A DNA stretch of 63,123 nt, filler included, from Reticulomyxa filosa (lineage: Eukaryota > Protista > Foraminifera), in assembly GCA_000512085.1 (NCBI GenBank). It is 19 parts of 19 records of this genome, joined end to end, with 100 filler letters (N's around TTAATTAATTAA, not from the genome) between each part and the next. Parts side by side here need not be neighbours in the genome. Positions count along the whole stretch, not along the records: positions 1 to 1,559 come from ASPP01028198.1; positions 1,660 to 4,481 come from ASPP01005585.1; positions 4,582 to 6,379 come from ASPP01024285.1; positions 6,480 to 10,337 come from ASPP01010439.1; positions 10,438 to 22,245 come from ASPP01004939.1; 14 more parts are not named here. The stretch is one strand, 5' to 3'. A program made the position numbers and the translations under genes. Below are positions 1 through 12,555 of this stretch, piece after piece. Position 1 is the first letter of the stretch. The number at the start of each line of letters is the position of its first letter. Below the pieces are notes generated by a model, which worked only from the letters and a program-made list of their open reading frames with translations, did not search any database and was not told the DNA's origin.

Positions 1-123
1 AAAAAAAAAAAAAAGACAAGACATAGTACCATGTTTTGAAAACATGTATGTATTGTATATATGTGTATGTTTGTGTATGTTATGTAATGAGCAGTGTTAA
101 TGTAAATTATAGGTATAACAAAC

Positions 124-884
124 TCCAAGCATTTCAGGAGGCGCAGTCCATCGTGTCTCTTTGGTATCGATGTGGTAATAATAGTCTTTGCCAGTGTTGG
201 GATCTTTGGCCTTTCTCCATTTGGAACCCGTCGAACTCGAGCTCGAGGCGAGATTGATTCCGCTTTTTCCGGGATTGTTGTTGTTGTTCTTGTTGTTGTT
301 GTTGTTGTTGCTGCTGTTGCTGTTGCTGTTGAAGTTGGTGCTACTGCTACTGCTGCTACTGTTGTTATTGGCATTATTGCCACGGGCCGGCGGAGCGGCT
401 TTTCCTTTGTTCCCCGGTTTGTTGGCAGCACTCAAACTTGTTGTGGAAGAAGAGGAGTTAAAATTTTGTTGGGATTGGTAAATGCTCGATTGGCTTGGAT
501 AAGCATTTCGGTCGTTTGCCCCTTCGTAAAAATTTGATTCACTTTGTCCGTACAATGTTGACTGTGATCCTTGATTCGGTTGGTATTGAATCTGAGGTTC
601 CAATGGCCTTTTTTTTTTTTTTTTTTTTAATAAAGAGTTTTTTTTAGTCAAAGTTATCCTTTTTCCGAATTATTCAAAGTATACGTTCACCAAAAAAAAA
701 AAAGTTGGTCATTCTTTTACTATCACGGGAGAGGATAAAGAGGGAGGGGAGGGAAAAAATACAGTCGTAATACAAACCCAGCGTATCCTGGTGGTGGCTC
801 CCATTGCGTTTGGCCAGTTGCCATGTTGGCATAGTATGTCCGGCCGGAATTAGGGTCCTGTACTGCGACCCAATTGTTGCTCAT
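124..884 (-). CDS. Protein with two WW domains (probably 3' partial); exons 884-778 and 607-~124
   Basis: Exon 1 MSNNWVAVQDPNSGRTYYANMATGQTQWEPP (WW). Intron 777-608 (GTTTGT...A20-G) keeps frame. Exon 2 ends KWRKAKDPNTGKDYYYHIDTKETRWTAPP (WW) after an N/S-rich linker. Confidence 0.85.
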
Positions 885-1559
885 TTCTCTCCTTTTTTTT
901 GTCAGACAAAAATGCTTTTAAGATTACTCGTTTTTTTCTTCTTTTCGTGGCCATGTTTGAGTTTAAAAAAAAATGAAAAGAGGAGTTAACTGTTGAATTC
1001 AAATGCACCAATTAAACACAAAATTTTTAATTATTATCTGTACTTCACAATTAAAACAGCTTTTAATTGATCTTTACTTCAAAATTAAAACGAGAGCCTT
1101 TTACCCGACACAAGCCAGGCACTTTTTAAATTTTGTTTTTATGATCCGAGGTTGTAAAAAAGATAATGGAAATTTTTAACATTTAACTTTAGAACAAGCG
1201 AAAGCGTTATTTTATTTTTTCCAATCCAAAAAGAGCTGAAATTTTTTATTTCACAAATGTTTATTTGTCAAGTAAGTTTATTCACGATTTTGCACTCTTC
1301 TTATCGTTTTTTTAAATTGTTTTGCCAATAGATTAAAAATTTGCGCAGATCACAAAATAAAAAACAAAGGACATAAAAAGATGTTGACCTTTAATAAACA
1401 ACCCCGACTCCTACAAAAACGTGGCTTATACAGAAATAAGAGGACATATCAAGAATTGATGTTTGTCTTTGAACAATTTCACCGTCAAACCATTGATTAC
1501 GCAATGATTTGTTTTAAAAAAGCATTGTTTTTTTTTTTTAATGTCAAAAAAAAAAAAAA

Positions 1560-1659
1560 NNNNNNNNNNNNNNNNNNNNNNNNNNNNNNNNNNNNNNNNN
1601 NNNTTAATTAATTAANNNNNNNNNNNNNNNNNNNNNNNNNNNNNNNNNNNNNNNNNNNN
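1560..1659. other. Artificial contig linker (N-run, TTAATTAATTAA, N-run). The same linker recurs near 4482, 6380, 10338, 22246, 28275, 30419, 31519, 36258, 39605, 40894, 43492, 47554, 50070, 51616, 53557, 57424 and 61956.
   Basis: Identical 12-mer giving stops in all six frames, embedded in N-runs 18 times; genes are truncated at these points. Confidence 0.98.
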
Positions 1660-2464
1660 CAGTGAAGTTTTGTTTTTTGTGTTTTTTTTGTTGTTGCTTT
1701 TTCCTTTTTATTCCAAGTCGTTTTGATTCAGCTCTTGGAGGGTTTTCTTTAGAAGTGTGATTTCGAATCATACATGTGTGCCGAAATGAATGTTGCGTTG
1801 TGCACTCTCAATATATGTTTATCTCCTTTTTTTCCTTCCAATAAATGAGAACAAACACAAAATCGACAATTGTTGGGGAATTCTCAATCAATCTTTTTTG
1901 TGTAGACTATTTAACAACACTTTCATTGATGATTTTTCTTTTAGTTTATGTTTTTAAGTTTGTGCGTTTCTGACCATTTGAACGAAACTTCAATTCAACC
2001 TTGATTTTTTTTCTCTCTTTTTTCTTTGTTCTTTCTTCAGAATACCATGAATCGACGCAAGAAGAAAAAAAATATTTGAATGCTTTTGTACCATTTTCTA
2101 TATTAAAAAGATTTTGAAAAACTTAAATTAAAACATACTTTTTTTACAACAGTCATCAAATAAATTATGTATGAAACGTTGAAATAAGGTACACGATAAA
2201 AAATACTCCATACATTCAACGAAAAAATAACAAAATAAACTGCAATGGTTATTCGAAGACCGTTATGAAACAAGACTACAGTGATGGTGACTCACACCTA
2301 GAAAAAAAACTGAAGTTTTTGTTTGTCTGAGTATCAATTATACTTTAATTACAAGCAACACCAAAAGACACACTTCCAAAACAAAAGAAATAAAGTATCA
2401 AGATTAAAACGGAGATTTTTTAAAATGAATATTTTTCAGAGGGGGAAACAGTGATGTGGTTGAT

Positions 2465-3387
2465 TTAAACATGCTTTGCACAAACTGCAATAGCGACAAT
2501 GATTCCTAGAGAGGTGGAAAAAGTGGAAATCAAAAGTGATCGAGACAATTTTTCAGAAGATTCGGGAATCAATTCAGAGCAGACGATATAAGTCATGGCG
2601 CCACTGGCAAGACAAAAACCAAAAGGAAGCAAGTGTTCAAAAGTTTCCATAAACAAAAAGCTTGGAATAGCCATCAATGGTTGAGGAAGATTGCAAATGA
2701 CACTGAATAAGGAGGCAGTCCAAACATTCATTCCACGAGACATCAGTAACAACGAGGTCGCAATGCCTTCGGGGATGTTATGAATGGCCAAAGATATAAC
2801 CACCAACAAGCCAATACTTTCATGTTCACTTTGTGCCGACACACCTACTGATATCTATATGGCAACATACAGGTACATACATGTACACATTAGTTTATAT
2901 GCCGTCCATTGCCAATCTGTCTTTGCAGTGGCTCCCACTTAACTCCTTCCCCCAAAGAATGCAGAGACATGGACAAAATTATCAGTAAAGCCTTAGACGC
3001 GTTGGCACCTTTCAATCCTACAAAATGAAAGTCTTGTGTGTCCGTAATAAAATAGCCAATCACATGTATAAGCATTGCTCCTAGCAATGTGTAAATCATT
3101 GCATACATTATATTGCAGTGTTCTAATCCTTCCATGAATAATACTACACTACATCCGGTCATTAAGCCCGCCGCAAATATTATACAAAATCCCATTACAT
3201 GCGGCGGGAGCTCGCCAACAAAGTATAGTGGAACGCCTCCTAATCCACTTGTCGATGCCGCTATTACTGCCTTCAAAATTAATGACTGCAATGGAGAAAG
3301 CATACCCACACCACCTCTCCATGTGGCTTCGTCCAGTTTCTCAATTGTTGGAGTGTGTAATCCAATTATATCGTGAAATGTTGACAT
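2465..3387 (-). CDS. ZIP-family (ZupT/GufA-like) metal transporter; exons 3387-2944 and 2854-2465
   Basis: Motifs FAAGLM, SLHSLGEG|ISVG, AIHNIPEGIA, ASGAMTYIVCSELIPE; multiple TM helices; GTTAAG...ATAG intron 2943-2855. Confidence 0.92.
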
Positions 3388-3843
3388 GTCTGTTATTTCA
3401 AATACAAGTAGTAATTAATTATTCAACAAACTAGAAATAGTTTCACCAAGAGGAAGATTATCAACTGTCAAAAGGTGCCTTAAAACATTTTTTTTTAAAA
3501 CAACTGCAAGACCTAATTTGTTTTGTTTTTCGAACAGAAATATAAAGTAAACTTTTCATATTTTGTCAATGCTTCATTTGAAATTGCAATTTTTTAATGG
3601 ATGTATTTTTTTTTAGATCGATAGTGAATTCATGCAAAAATGCACAGATCAAAAATCTGTCAAACAGATAACATTTTTTGTCTGGTTTTTCCTTGCCGGA
3701 AATAATCTGGTGTAAAAAAAAAGTATAAAAAAGGGGGTGACGAAGGGAGGACACGTCTAAAAAAAAAAAGGCAAAAAAAAAAAGTTAAGTTCTTTGGTTG
3801 TTCTTGTGTGGTGAATATTGGAAACTATTAGACATAATAGCTG

Positions 3844-4481
3844 TTGTTGGTTGTTGATAAAAGAAGAATGACTTTGTTTGAAGTATGTACATTAATTTGG
3901 TGGTTGTTGTACACGTTGGAAAGAATACCAATGGTAATAAGTAAAAGTAATTGTACAAATGGGAATGAAACAAGAGCAACAAAAGAGATGAAAGAATATT
4001 TAGAAGGAGCAACAATGATAATAATGGATAGTAATTGGACAAGTCGTTGTGATATATGTATAGAAGATGAGAAATATTTTGAATGTGAAGAAATAATAGG
4101 AGAAATAAAAGAAATAACAAAAATAAGAATAGAAGGAACAATATCAAAAAGATTAAGAGGATATTTATCATGGGAAAAAATAAAAAATAATAAAAAATTA
4201 AAAGAAATAAAAATAAAAAATAATATATTAGAAAATGGAATATCAAATAAAATAAATGAAACATTATTAAATAAAAATTGGATATATTTAGATTTATCAA
4301 ATAATGGATTTAAAGAACAATTAAATATAGAATATTTACCAAAATCATTACAATATCTTAATTTATCAAATAATGAATATTCATTATATAATATATCATT
4401 ATTATTTAATAATATATATTTTCCAAATTTAACAATAATAGATTTACAATCAAATAATATTTATTATGATAATAAAACATT
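3844..4481 (+). CDS. Leucine-rich-repeat protein, likely secreted or receptor type (3' partial)
   Basis: Hydrophobic N-terminus, then LRR consensus units (YLDLSNNGF, LQYLNLSNNEY, LTIIDLQSNNI); truncated at the linker. Confidence 0.75.
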
Positions 4482-4581
4482 NNNNNNNNNNNNNNNNNNN
4501 NNNNNNNNNNNNNNNNNNNNNNNNNTTAATTAATTAANNNNNNNNNNNNNNNNNNNNNNNNNNNNNNNNNNNNNNNNNNNN

Positions 4582-6263
4582 TGATTGAGGTTGTTGTTGT
4601 AGTGGTTGCAATTGTGTTTGAGACTGAGACTGAGAAGGCTGTTGCAAGATTGGAATTGCAGGGATGGCAGGGATGCGTTGACTTTGCAGTTGCATTTGCA
4701 TTTGCACTTGCACTTGCTGCAACAAACCGAGCTGTCGATTCAACACGAGTAATTCTTGTTCCTTTTGCTGCTCCTTTTGAAGGGCGCGCTCCAATTGCAA
4801 CTGCATCTGTCGCAATCGCTCACAAGACTCGTCATATTTCTTTGAAATGTCAGTGCATTTGAACAAATCCATTTCCAGCTTTTCACACTTTTTTTGAAAT
4901 CATTACTTTCGCTTTTGAGCTGGTTGCACTTTTTGTTCCATTTACCCTCCTCTTTGCGCATATTGGCTTCCAGAGTCGACTGAGTCTTTTCCAACTGTTG
5001 TAATCTCTGCGTCAACGTCACGATATCAGCATCTTTCTGTTGTAGCAATTGAGATGATTGATCTAGCTTTTGTTGGAGCACAGAGCATTGTTGCGTGTGG
5101 TCTTTACACAATTGATCCATTGCGGTTATATGTTGCTTCGCCGCATGCAGTTTGTGTTGGGCGTCGCGATACTTGGCCAAAGCCTTTTGCTTGACTTTGG
5201 AGAACTTATTCTTCCACATAACGTGCTCCTTTTCGACCCATTGCTGTTGCAAAGCCTTGATTTGCTGTGTGGACGGACGACCCGTTTCCAACTCCAAACA
5301 AGCCGGACATTTATATTTGTCGTCCTGCATCGAACTCAGTTCGGCGTCGTTCATGCCCACGCACACCAAATGATACCATTCCTCGCAGTAGTCGCAGCAT
5401 ATCATTGACTTGTTCGCGTCATACGGCTTTCGACATAAGCAGTACACTTTTGATGGGTCTTCCTCTCCTTGAAACACTGGGGCTGTCACGCCGTGTCTAT
5501 TCATTGTCGAGTCCATTCCTTCCATCCCTTCTCCTTCCTCTATTCCTGTGCCATGTGTGACTGGTCCCTCTTCTTCCTCCTCTTCCTCTTCTTCTTCGTT
5601 GTCCTTCTTCTCCTCGCTCTTTCCGAATAGCGATTTCATTTTCCCTATTATCGCATCGATGCTCATCTTATCATTCACTTTCTCACTTTCTATCATCATC
5701 ATACCCCCTTCTCTCTCCTTTTCATTCTCTTTTGTTTTGTCAATGTCAATGTCCTTATCTTTCTCATTTTCAGTTCCGTTGTCCTTATCTTTGCTTTTAT
5801 TTTTGTTTTTGCTATCTCCGTTTTCATATAACCCTCGATTGTTTTCTTCTTTATTGTTTTCATTGTCATTTATATCTTCTTCTATATTTTCTTCTTCTAT
5901 ATTTTCTTCTTCTATATTTTCTTCTTCTGCATCTTCTTCCTCGTCTTCTTCTTCTTCTTCGTCTTCGTCATCGTCATCGTCGTCATCTTCATTGCTATTG
6001 GACGAGTCTGCGTCAGTGTCGGCATGCTTTGCCCATTCGCGGCTGCACTCCAACAGTCTGTCCTTTTCTTTTTGCAGCTGCGGAGTCGTCATCGCCTGAC
6101 ACTGCATAATGTACTCTTCAGCAGTCCATTCGCTATCGTAGTCCAATTGCACTTTCTTGTCCTTGCTTTTGTTTTTGTTTTTGCTTTTGCCTTTACTTTT
6201 GCTTTTGCGTTTGTTGTCTTTGCTTTTGTGTTTGTCTTTTTTCCTACTGTTTTTCGGTCTCAT
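4582..6263 (-). CDS. PHD-finger protein with acidic N-terminal part and coiled-coil/Q-rich C-terminal part (partial; frameshift at ~4890 in an A-run)
   Basis: KVYCLCRKPYDANKSMICCDYCEEWYHLVCVGM...YKCPAC is a C4HC3 PHD finger. One extra A joins it to the ORF MDLFKCTD.... Confidence 0.85.
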
Positions 6264-6329
6264 TTTGTCATCTTTTCTTTTTTTTTCTTTTTGTGTTTTG
6301 TCGTTAATTGGCTATCATTGTTCTCATTA

Positions 6330-6379
<50 letters not shown>

Positions 6380-6627
6380 NNNNNNNNNNNNNNNNNNNNN
6401 NNNNNNNNNNNNNNNNNNNNNNNTTAATTAATTAANNNNNNNNNNNNNNNNNNNNNNNNNNNNNNNNNNNNNNNNNNNNGGGTTTTTAAAAACCCGGAAT
6501 TCAAACCCTTTCGGTTCCAACTATATGTATATATTTATTTACTTTATTTGCTTATTTATTTATTTACTTAAATTATTGATTGAATCGAAGAAACAACTTA
6601 AATATCTCAACACACATACACACAAAG

Positions 6628-9419
6628 GGATTTCCCTCCGAACAATCGAAAAATCGAAAGTTGAGTGTGAAAGAGAGAGTAGAGAATTGGATAAATGCGG
6701 TGACGTGTACCACCTGGCTGGCGACAGAGATAATTCCCGATTTTCTGTGGCTGGGAGACAACTACGATGCACTAAACTACGAAGAGATGAAAAAGCGAGG
6801 CATCACGTACATACTGAACTGCAGCGCGGAGGACGCACTGAACAACTTGCAGGAATACTACGTGGCCAAGTGGTTGGAAGAGTTCAAGTCGCGAGAAATA
6901 GCCCGTCAGGACTACTGTCGTGACGTGATGGCCAAATATTTGGCGAGCACGAAGGAGGGGAAAGACCAGCAAACGTTGAAAGAACGAGCCATGCAGGCGT
7001 TTGAAAGCACATACATGACATCGTATCACCAACTGCTGGACAATTATAAAAAGAAGATTGAGACATTGGAAGAGTTTCGAGACGGAGAAAAAAACCGAAT
7101 CACTGCGATCATTTTGAAGCAATTGAAGGGACTTCGTTTCGACGAGTCCAACCCTCCAGCGCATTTGGAGGACATTGAAAAAAGTGTGGAGCTGTTGCAA
7201 TCGGTGGTGGAAAAGGAGAGTTATATCTACAACACACAAGAAGAAGCAGAATTTTCGAGACAAGAAGAAGACTCGGGCGAAAAGAAATTGGGAGAAGAAA
7301 CTCCGGATAACTACAAAGAGTTGAAAGAAGACGATGATGACGACGACGACGACGACGACAATGACACGCTCAGTGATGATGAGGACGAGGATGAGGATGA
7401 AGCTGATGCTGCAGGCAAAACAGGAGGAGGAGGAGCAGGAGGAGGAGCAGGAGGAGATATGAATAACTATTTAATGGAAGAGGAAATGTTCACCTTATAT
7501 GATGACGACATGGCCTTTGGCCAACGAAACAATAGCTATCGCCAACAAGAACTTGAAAAAGAAAAGCAACGCAAAAAAAAAGAAAAGGAAAAAAAAAACA
7601 GGAAAGAGAAAAAAGAAGACAGGAGAAAGAACGCAAGCGACAAGAGGAAGAGAAGAAAAGGGCTGAACCAATGTCTCGAGCGAGTTTCTTGCATATCGAC
7701 TTGGCCGCCAAAGAAACGGAAATTCGCAATGAATATATGAGTCAACACAGTGGCTATTTCAACTATTTAAACCGCTTTTGTGTGTCTTCATTGATTGGAG
7801 GAGGGGGTGCTGGAGGACAACAATTGGCCTCGTTGCAGCCAACCGATTTTTTGAGCAGTCCTGCCAATAGTGTCAAAAAGTACACTCCCAAATCAATGAA
7901 GGCGATTCGTCAAACCCATGCGTATAAAGCGTTGGACAAGGAAACATTGATGAAAGAGTTCCAACTGGCCATTGCCTTGTTGTTTGATCATATGCTACAA
8001 AAGAACAAAAAAGAATATTTGGAAAATATTGCTCGCGAAATTGCGCTGGAAAAAATTCAAAAGAAACACTTGAACAAACACTATCACAAACGCAAGAAAA
8101 TGATATTGATGAAAATGGGACGATTTTTGGAAGACGAAAATATTGGCAACAAAGATGGGGTGCCCAAAGAGATTAATGAAATGACATTGACCGATCTGTT
8201 TCGAAACATTAAAAACATTGAAGAATTTTTCCCTTACAAAATCAAAAACATTTATGCACGCAATTGGAAATCATACGATATCATTGGACTGCACAGCGAA
8301 GAGGTGATATCCTTCATTCAGGAGTGCAAAGCCAATAAATGCAAGATCTTGGTGTTTGATTGCAAGCCGTGCAAAGACAAGAAACCAAACGAATGGGAAG
8401 ATGTCATGAACGAAATGGAGTATGACATTGAGGATGAGGATGACAAGGGCTATGAATATACGGAGATCTTTGATCAAGACGACAACAATAGCGATGATGA
8501 AGTGGCCGGCGAAGATGGCAAACACAGTGATGTGGCCGACAGTGATAGCGAAAAGAGTGTGGAGTTGGATAAGACCAGCGATGATGGATTGGAAGTGAAC
8601 AAAGTCGGAGGCGATGAGCTGTTGCTCACACGAAGAAAAAGTGTCGAAGATGAGAAAAAAAAAAGAGAAGACACCAACTTTGAAGCCGTTCAAAAGTTTT
8701 CTCAAATGTGGAATCAAAGTGAAGTCGTTTTCAATCCCATTGGCATTGACAGCAAAAAAAGTGAACGCGACAATGACTCCGAAATCGGTATGCGATTGGA
8801 TCAAGACATGGACGTCATTCGAAAAGTACTCTTAAAAAATACTTTGAGTTGGAAAGAAATTAGTGAGCTGTACGATCTATATGATGATCTCTTGATCACA
8901 TTCTCGCAATGCCAGAAAACTGGCTCTGTCAGTGAAGAAACCATTCGCTGGATTACCAAAAAAATTCAAATGGTCGGTGGGCTTATTACCAAACATATGG
9001 GTAGAAAGTATTTGGAGAAAAAGGCCTTGCACACACTTTGGAAACAAAAGTTTTATTCCAGTCCAAATGGTCGCATCATTTCGGATGAAAGTGCTTTGGA
9101 TCGCGTTTTGAAACATTGCTTTGATCGAAGTGCAACTTTGGTGTTGTGCTACATGCTCTACGAAAAAAGAATTGAAGAGATTATGCAAAACAAAGAAACG
9201 ACCACCAGAAATGGAGTCAAAAACAAAAAGGCTAGAAAAAATCCCAAAGAAGTCTTGTTGGAATGTTACAAAGATATGTTGAGCAAGAAACCCAATTTGA
9301 TTTTGAATAAAGGATTTAAGCGGCAATTGGTCCAATATGCACATTTACTCAAATGTAAACAAATCAACGATCAAATTGTCAAGGAATTCAAATTCCAAAT
9401 GGAGCAAATCAAAATTTGA
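6628..9419 (+). CDS. Dual-specificity-phosphatase-like protein with very large insertions, probably a pseudophosphatase (5' partial; frameshift in A-runs ~7570-7620)
   Basis: DSP blocks in order: TEIIPDFLWLGD..ALNYEEMKKRGITYILNCS; DIIGLHSEEVISFIQECKANKCKILVFDC; FDRSATLVLCYML; CYKDMLSKKPNLILNKGFKRQLVQY. Confidence 0.8.
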
Positions 9420-10495
9420 TCTTTTTTTTCTTTTCCTTTTGAAAGTTTCTAGTCTTACGCTTGCCTTTTCTTGTATAAAAAAGATAAACCAGCTTTTTTT
9501 TTGTTTTGTTTTTTAATGGTTAATCTCATTGTTGCATCGGTTACGTGTTTTGATTAAAAAACTTACTACGTATTTTTTTTAAGGACAAAATACCACTCTG
9601 TTTTGCCCTAAGGTAATGAAATAAACAACAACTCGAAAGACTCTATGCAACAATTGCCTCTATCTTTTTAGATCAGTTTTGAATAGCAAAAAAATTGCAA
9701 ACTTATACACGCTAACGAAGTTCAAAAACGCTAGTAGTAAAGGGGGAGAGATTATCAAAACTTGTGATGGCACGTAATAATCAATTTTGTGTTTGGAATA
9801 ATTCCGTGAAAGGCTGCCCATTCCGAGAGAATTGTGCTAAAGCACACACTTCCGGACACTTTGCGACCATTCATAATATTAAGAGCCAATACGAAATAGA
9901 AAATTTTCTCCATTGTAATTTTGTATACTTTCGAACGTGTGAAACTAGATTAACTACAACTTGGTAAAACAAAACATAGTGACATATCCCAATGAATTTT
10001 TCTATGTTCACGGATATTCGGGTCAGGTAAACTGTTGCACAGTTGAATTCAGTTCCTCAACGGTTAGGCATATTCATTTTTCGAGAGAGAAAATGTATGA
10101 TCACATCTTGATATCACATATGAGAATAGGTCCGTGATTTGGCGATACAAAAATTGAAACATGTCAAAGACATCAATATTTCAACAGGCTCTCCAAAAGA
10201 AGTCGATCGTGCTTTCAGTTTGTTTTTTTTTTTTTTTGTTGTGTGGATCTTTTGCTACATTGAGAACTGGTTTGCAAGCAAAACAACAAAAAATGAATGA
10301 ATAGAATTGTCAAACCGTAAACAAGAAGATAATGTTTNNNNNNNNNNNNNNNNNNNNNNNNNNNNNNNNNNNNNNNNNNNNTTAATTAATTAANNNNNNN
10401 NNNNNNNNNNNNNNNNNNNNNNNNNNNNNNNNNNNNNCATGTGCATGCATGTTACAACTAAAAAGGAGATGGGGGGGGACATTTTGCAAAATTAG

Positions 10496-12294
10496 CATCG
10501 AGAGGCTTTGGAATCCATGCTACGAACACGCGCGCCGACAATTGCAATTGATTACAACTGCCCTAAAAAAACATTTGAGAGACTTAGTTAAACATTTGTT
10601 TGTTTTGATGTCATTGCTTGCTTTAAACTATTTGGATTTGTTATCTCCTTTGCCGAACAACAGAGCAAATAAGCGAAGAAGAAGTAAAAAAAGAGTTGGA
10701 GAGAACACAGAAAACGAAAGAGTTAGAAAAATATAGACAGCTGTATCAATCACTAGAAAAATCAATGCAACAATTGATTAATATATCCTGGGTATGTGTT
10801 TGTCCATTTTTTGGTTTTATTTTCCTTTCTCTCTACATTTTCTGTTTGTTTGTGTTTCAAAAGGAGTGGAAGGATGACAATGATGACTATACTCCCTATT
10901 CTGAAGACATAACCAAAAAACTCGAGTCCGCAAACGTTGGAGATATAGTTTTGTCAGCTCTTTTTTCTTTCCATTTTTTTATTAAAAAAAAGCAACGCCA
11001 CACGGAGAGCTTATGTGCTATAGATTTCATTAGAGCATGGACAGCACAAGTATGAACTAAAAAAAACAAGTAAAACCACAGCCATCCAAGAAAACCTAGT
11101 CACCAAAAAGCAAAGAGATGTAATAAGGAAGGAATCTTCCAAAAGTTAAACTATTGTTGTTATTATCATTGTAGTCAATTGGTTTGCAATTTAAACAGCT
11201 TTTTTTTTTTAATGGTATAAATTAGATCAAGAAGAGACAAATTCATATCCAAAGTGGTGGGTGCCGCAGCTGAACAGCAAAAAGGATATATACATAAAGG
11301 CAGACATAAACAAAAACGAAGAAGCCCGCAATGCGGTAGCCGAGTTCCAACGGACAATGAAAAGCCATTCGAGCAAGTATGAAATCGTTGACGTGTTTTT
11401 TGTTCAAAACGAAGAAATGTGGAAGCACCACACTGCACTCGAAAGTTTCGCTTTGATATTCTTTGACATCAGCTTTTACAAAAAAAAAAATCAGGACTTT
11501 TATTGAAAGCGAAGCAAAACAAAGTACTTTTGTAATACAAACAAAGGAAATTGGGTAGCAAGCGGTCGATTGTCGCGAAAAAATGTCAATATTCAAATGC
11601 TTTGGCATGGTATGAATCGTGATACACACAATATATACATATCGTGTTCATTTGTCTCCTTTCTTTCCAATTTCCTTTCTTTTCTGAGCAATTGTCAACA
11701 ATGCGCATTTCGTCTTTCGTCAAATAGGAACAACATCTGACACCGTGGAAAAAATCACTCACAAAGTACTTTATTTTCTATTTCTTCCCTTCCTTTTATT
11801 GATAAGATATGAAATATTTGTTTGTTGGTTCGGTAATGTGGGGGGGGTTCTCAATGCAAAGGGATTTCTTCGGGATTTTAGTGCGATTCATATGTACGGC
11901 AAGGGCGTGTATTTTGCCAAGGAGAGCAACTATCCAGTTTGCAAGGGCTATGCAAGATTTGACAATACTAGCGGATATGCGGAATTACTGTACTGTCGTG
12001 TAATTTGTGGGGAAAGTGTTATCGGGGTTGCTGATTATATAAGACCACCTGACAAAAAACATATCAAGCAAGAGCATGAAACCATGGTCAACGATTTGGT
12101 CAATCCTACCATTTATGTAGCTTGCTATGATCACCAAAGTTTAGTCTATAAAATCTTGCACTTATTTCAACGTATACCCGATTTTTTTTCCGATGTGCAA
12201 TGTACTTCTGCAATCTGTTTGAATAGGCTATCCTTTGATGAAATTAATTGTCAAAAAAGTGGAACACAAAAAGGCAGGCTTTCTTTGGTGGTAG
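10496..12294 (+). CDS. WWE-domain PARP-family mono-ADP-ribosyltransferase (PARP11/12-like), 5' partial. Introns: 10587-10663, 10792-10863, 10948-11023, 11145-11225, 11445-11546, 11610-11727, 11766-11861, 12139-12226.
   Basis: Spliced product gives WWE (SWEWKDDNDDYTPYSEDITKKLE...QENLVTKKQRDVIR) and PARP motifs MLWHGT, GF, MYGKGVYFA, LLYCRVICG, NPTIYV, QSYP. Confidence 0.88.
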
Positions 12295-12555
12295 TCGAAA
12301 AAGAAATGGAGGATTGTTGGACTTCTTTTTAAATTCTATTCGGAAAAGTTGAATTGTCTGTTCATGAAACTGAGGGAAAGAAAAGCAATGTTACTGTTTC
12401 ACAAAATTTTTTCTGCCCATTATTTTTTGAAAAATTGCAACAAAGTCTAATCGGTCCAGGAAACTATCACTAAGATCCAACGACTCTTTTTGTTTTGCTA
12501 AAACTACCAAACAAAGAACATTTCCGAACATAAAATAAGAATAAAAATGAAACAA

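Noticed and set aside
172-537. Antisense and alternative-frame ORFs with poly-L/V/S/C runs (also 5548-6431, 31563-32005, 48329-48806, 58168-58571)
   Set aside because: Shadows of low-complexity repeats or real genes on the other strand.
1604-1615. Regularly recurring TTAATTAATTAA palindrome
   Set aside because: Always inside N-runs; an assembly spacer with six-frame stops, not biology.
8364-9116. Intein in the phosphatase active site
   Set aside because: Lacks terminal His-Asn, block B TxxH and endonuclease motifs; kept only as an unexplained insertion.
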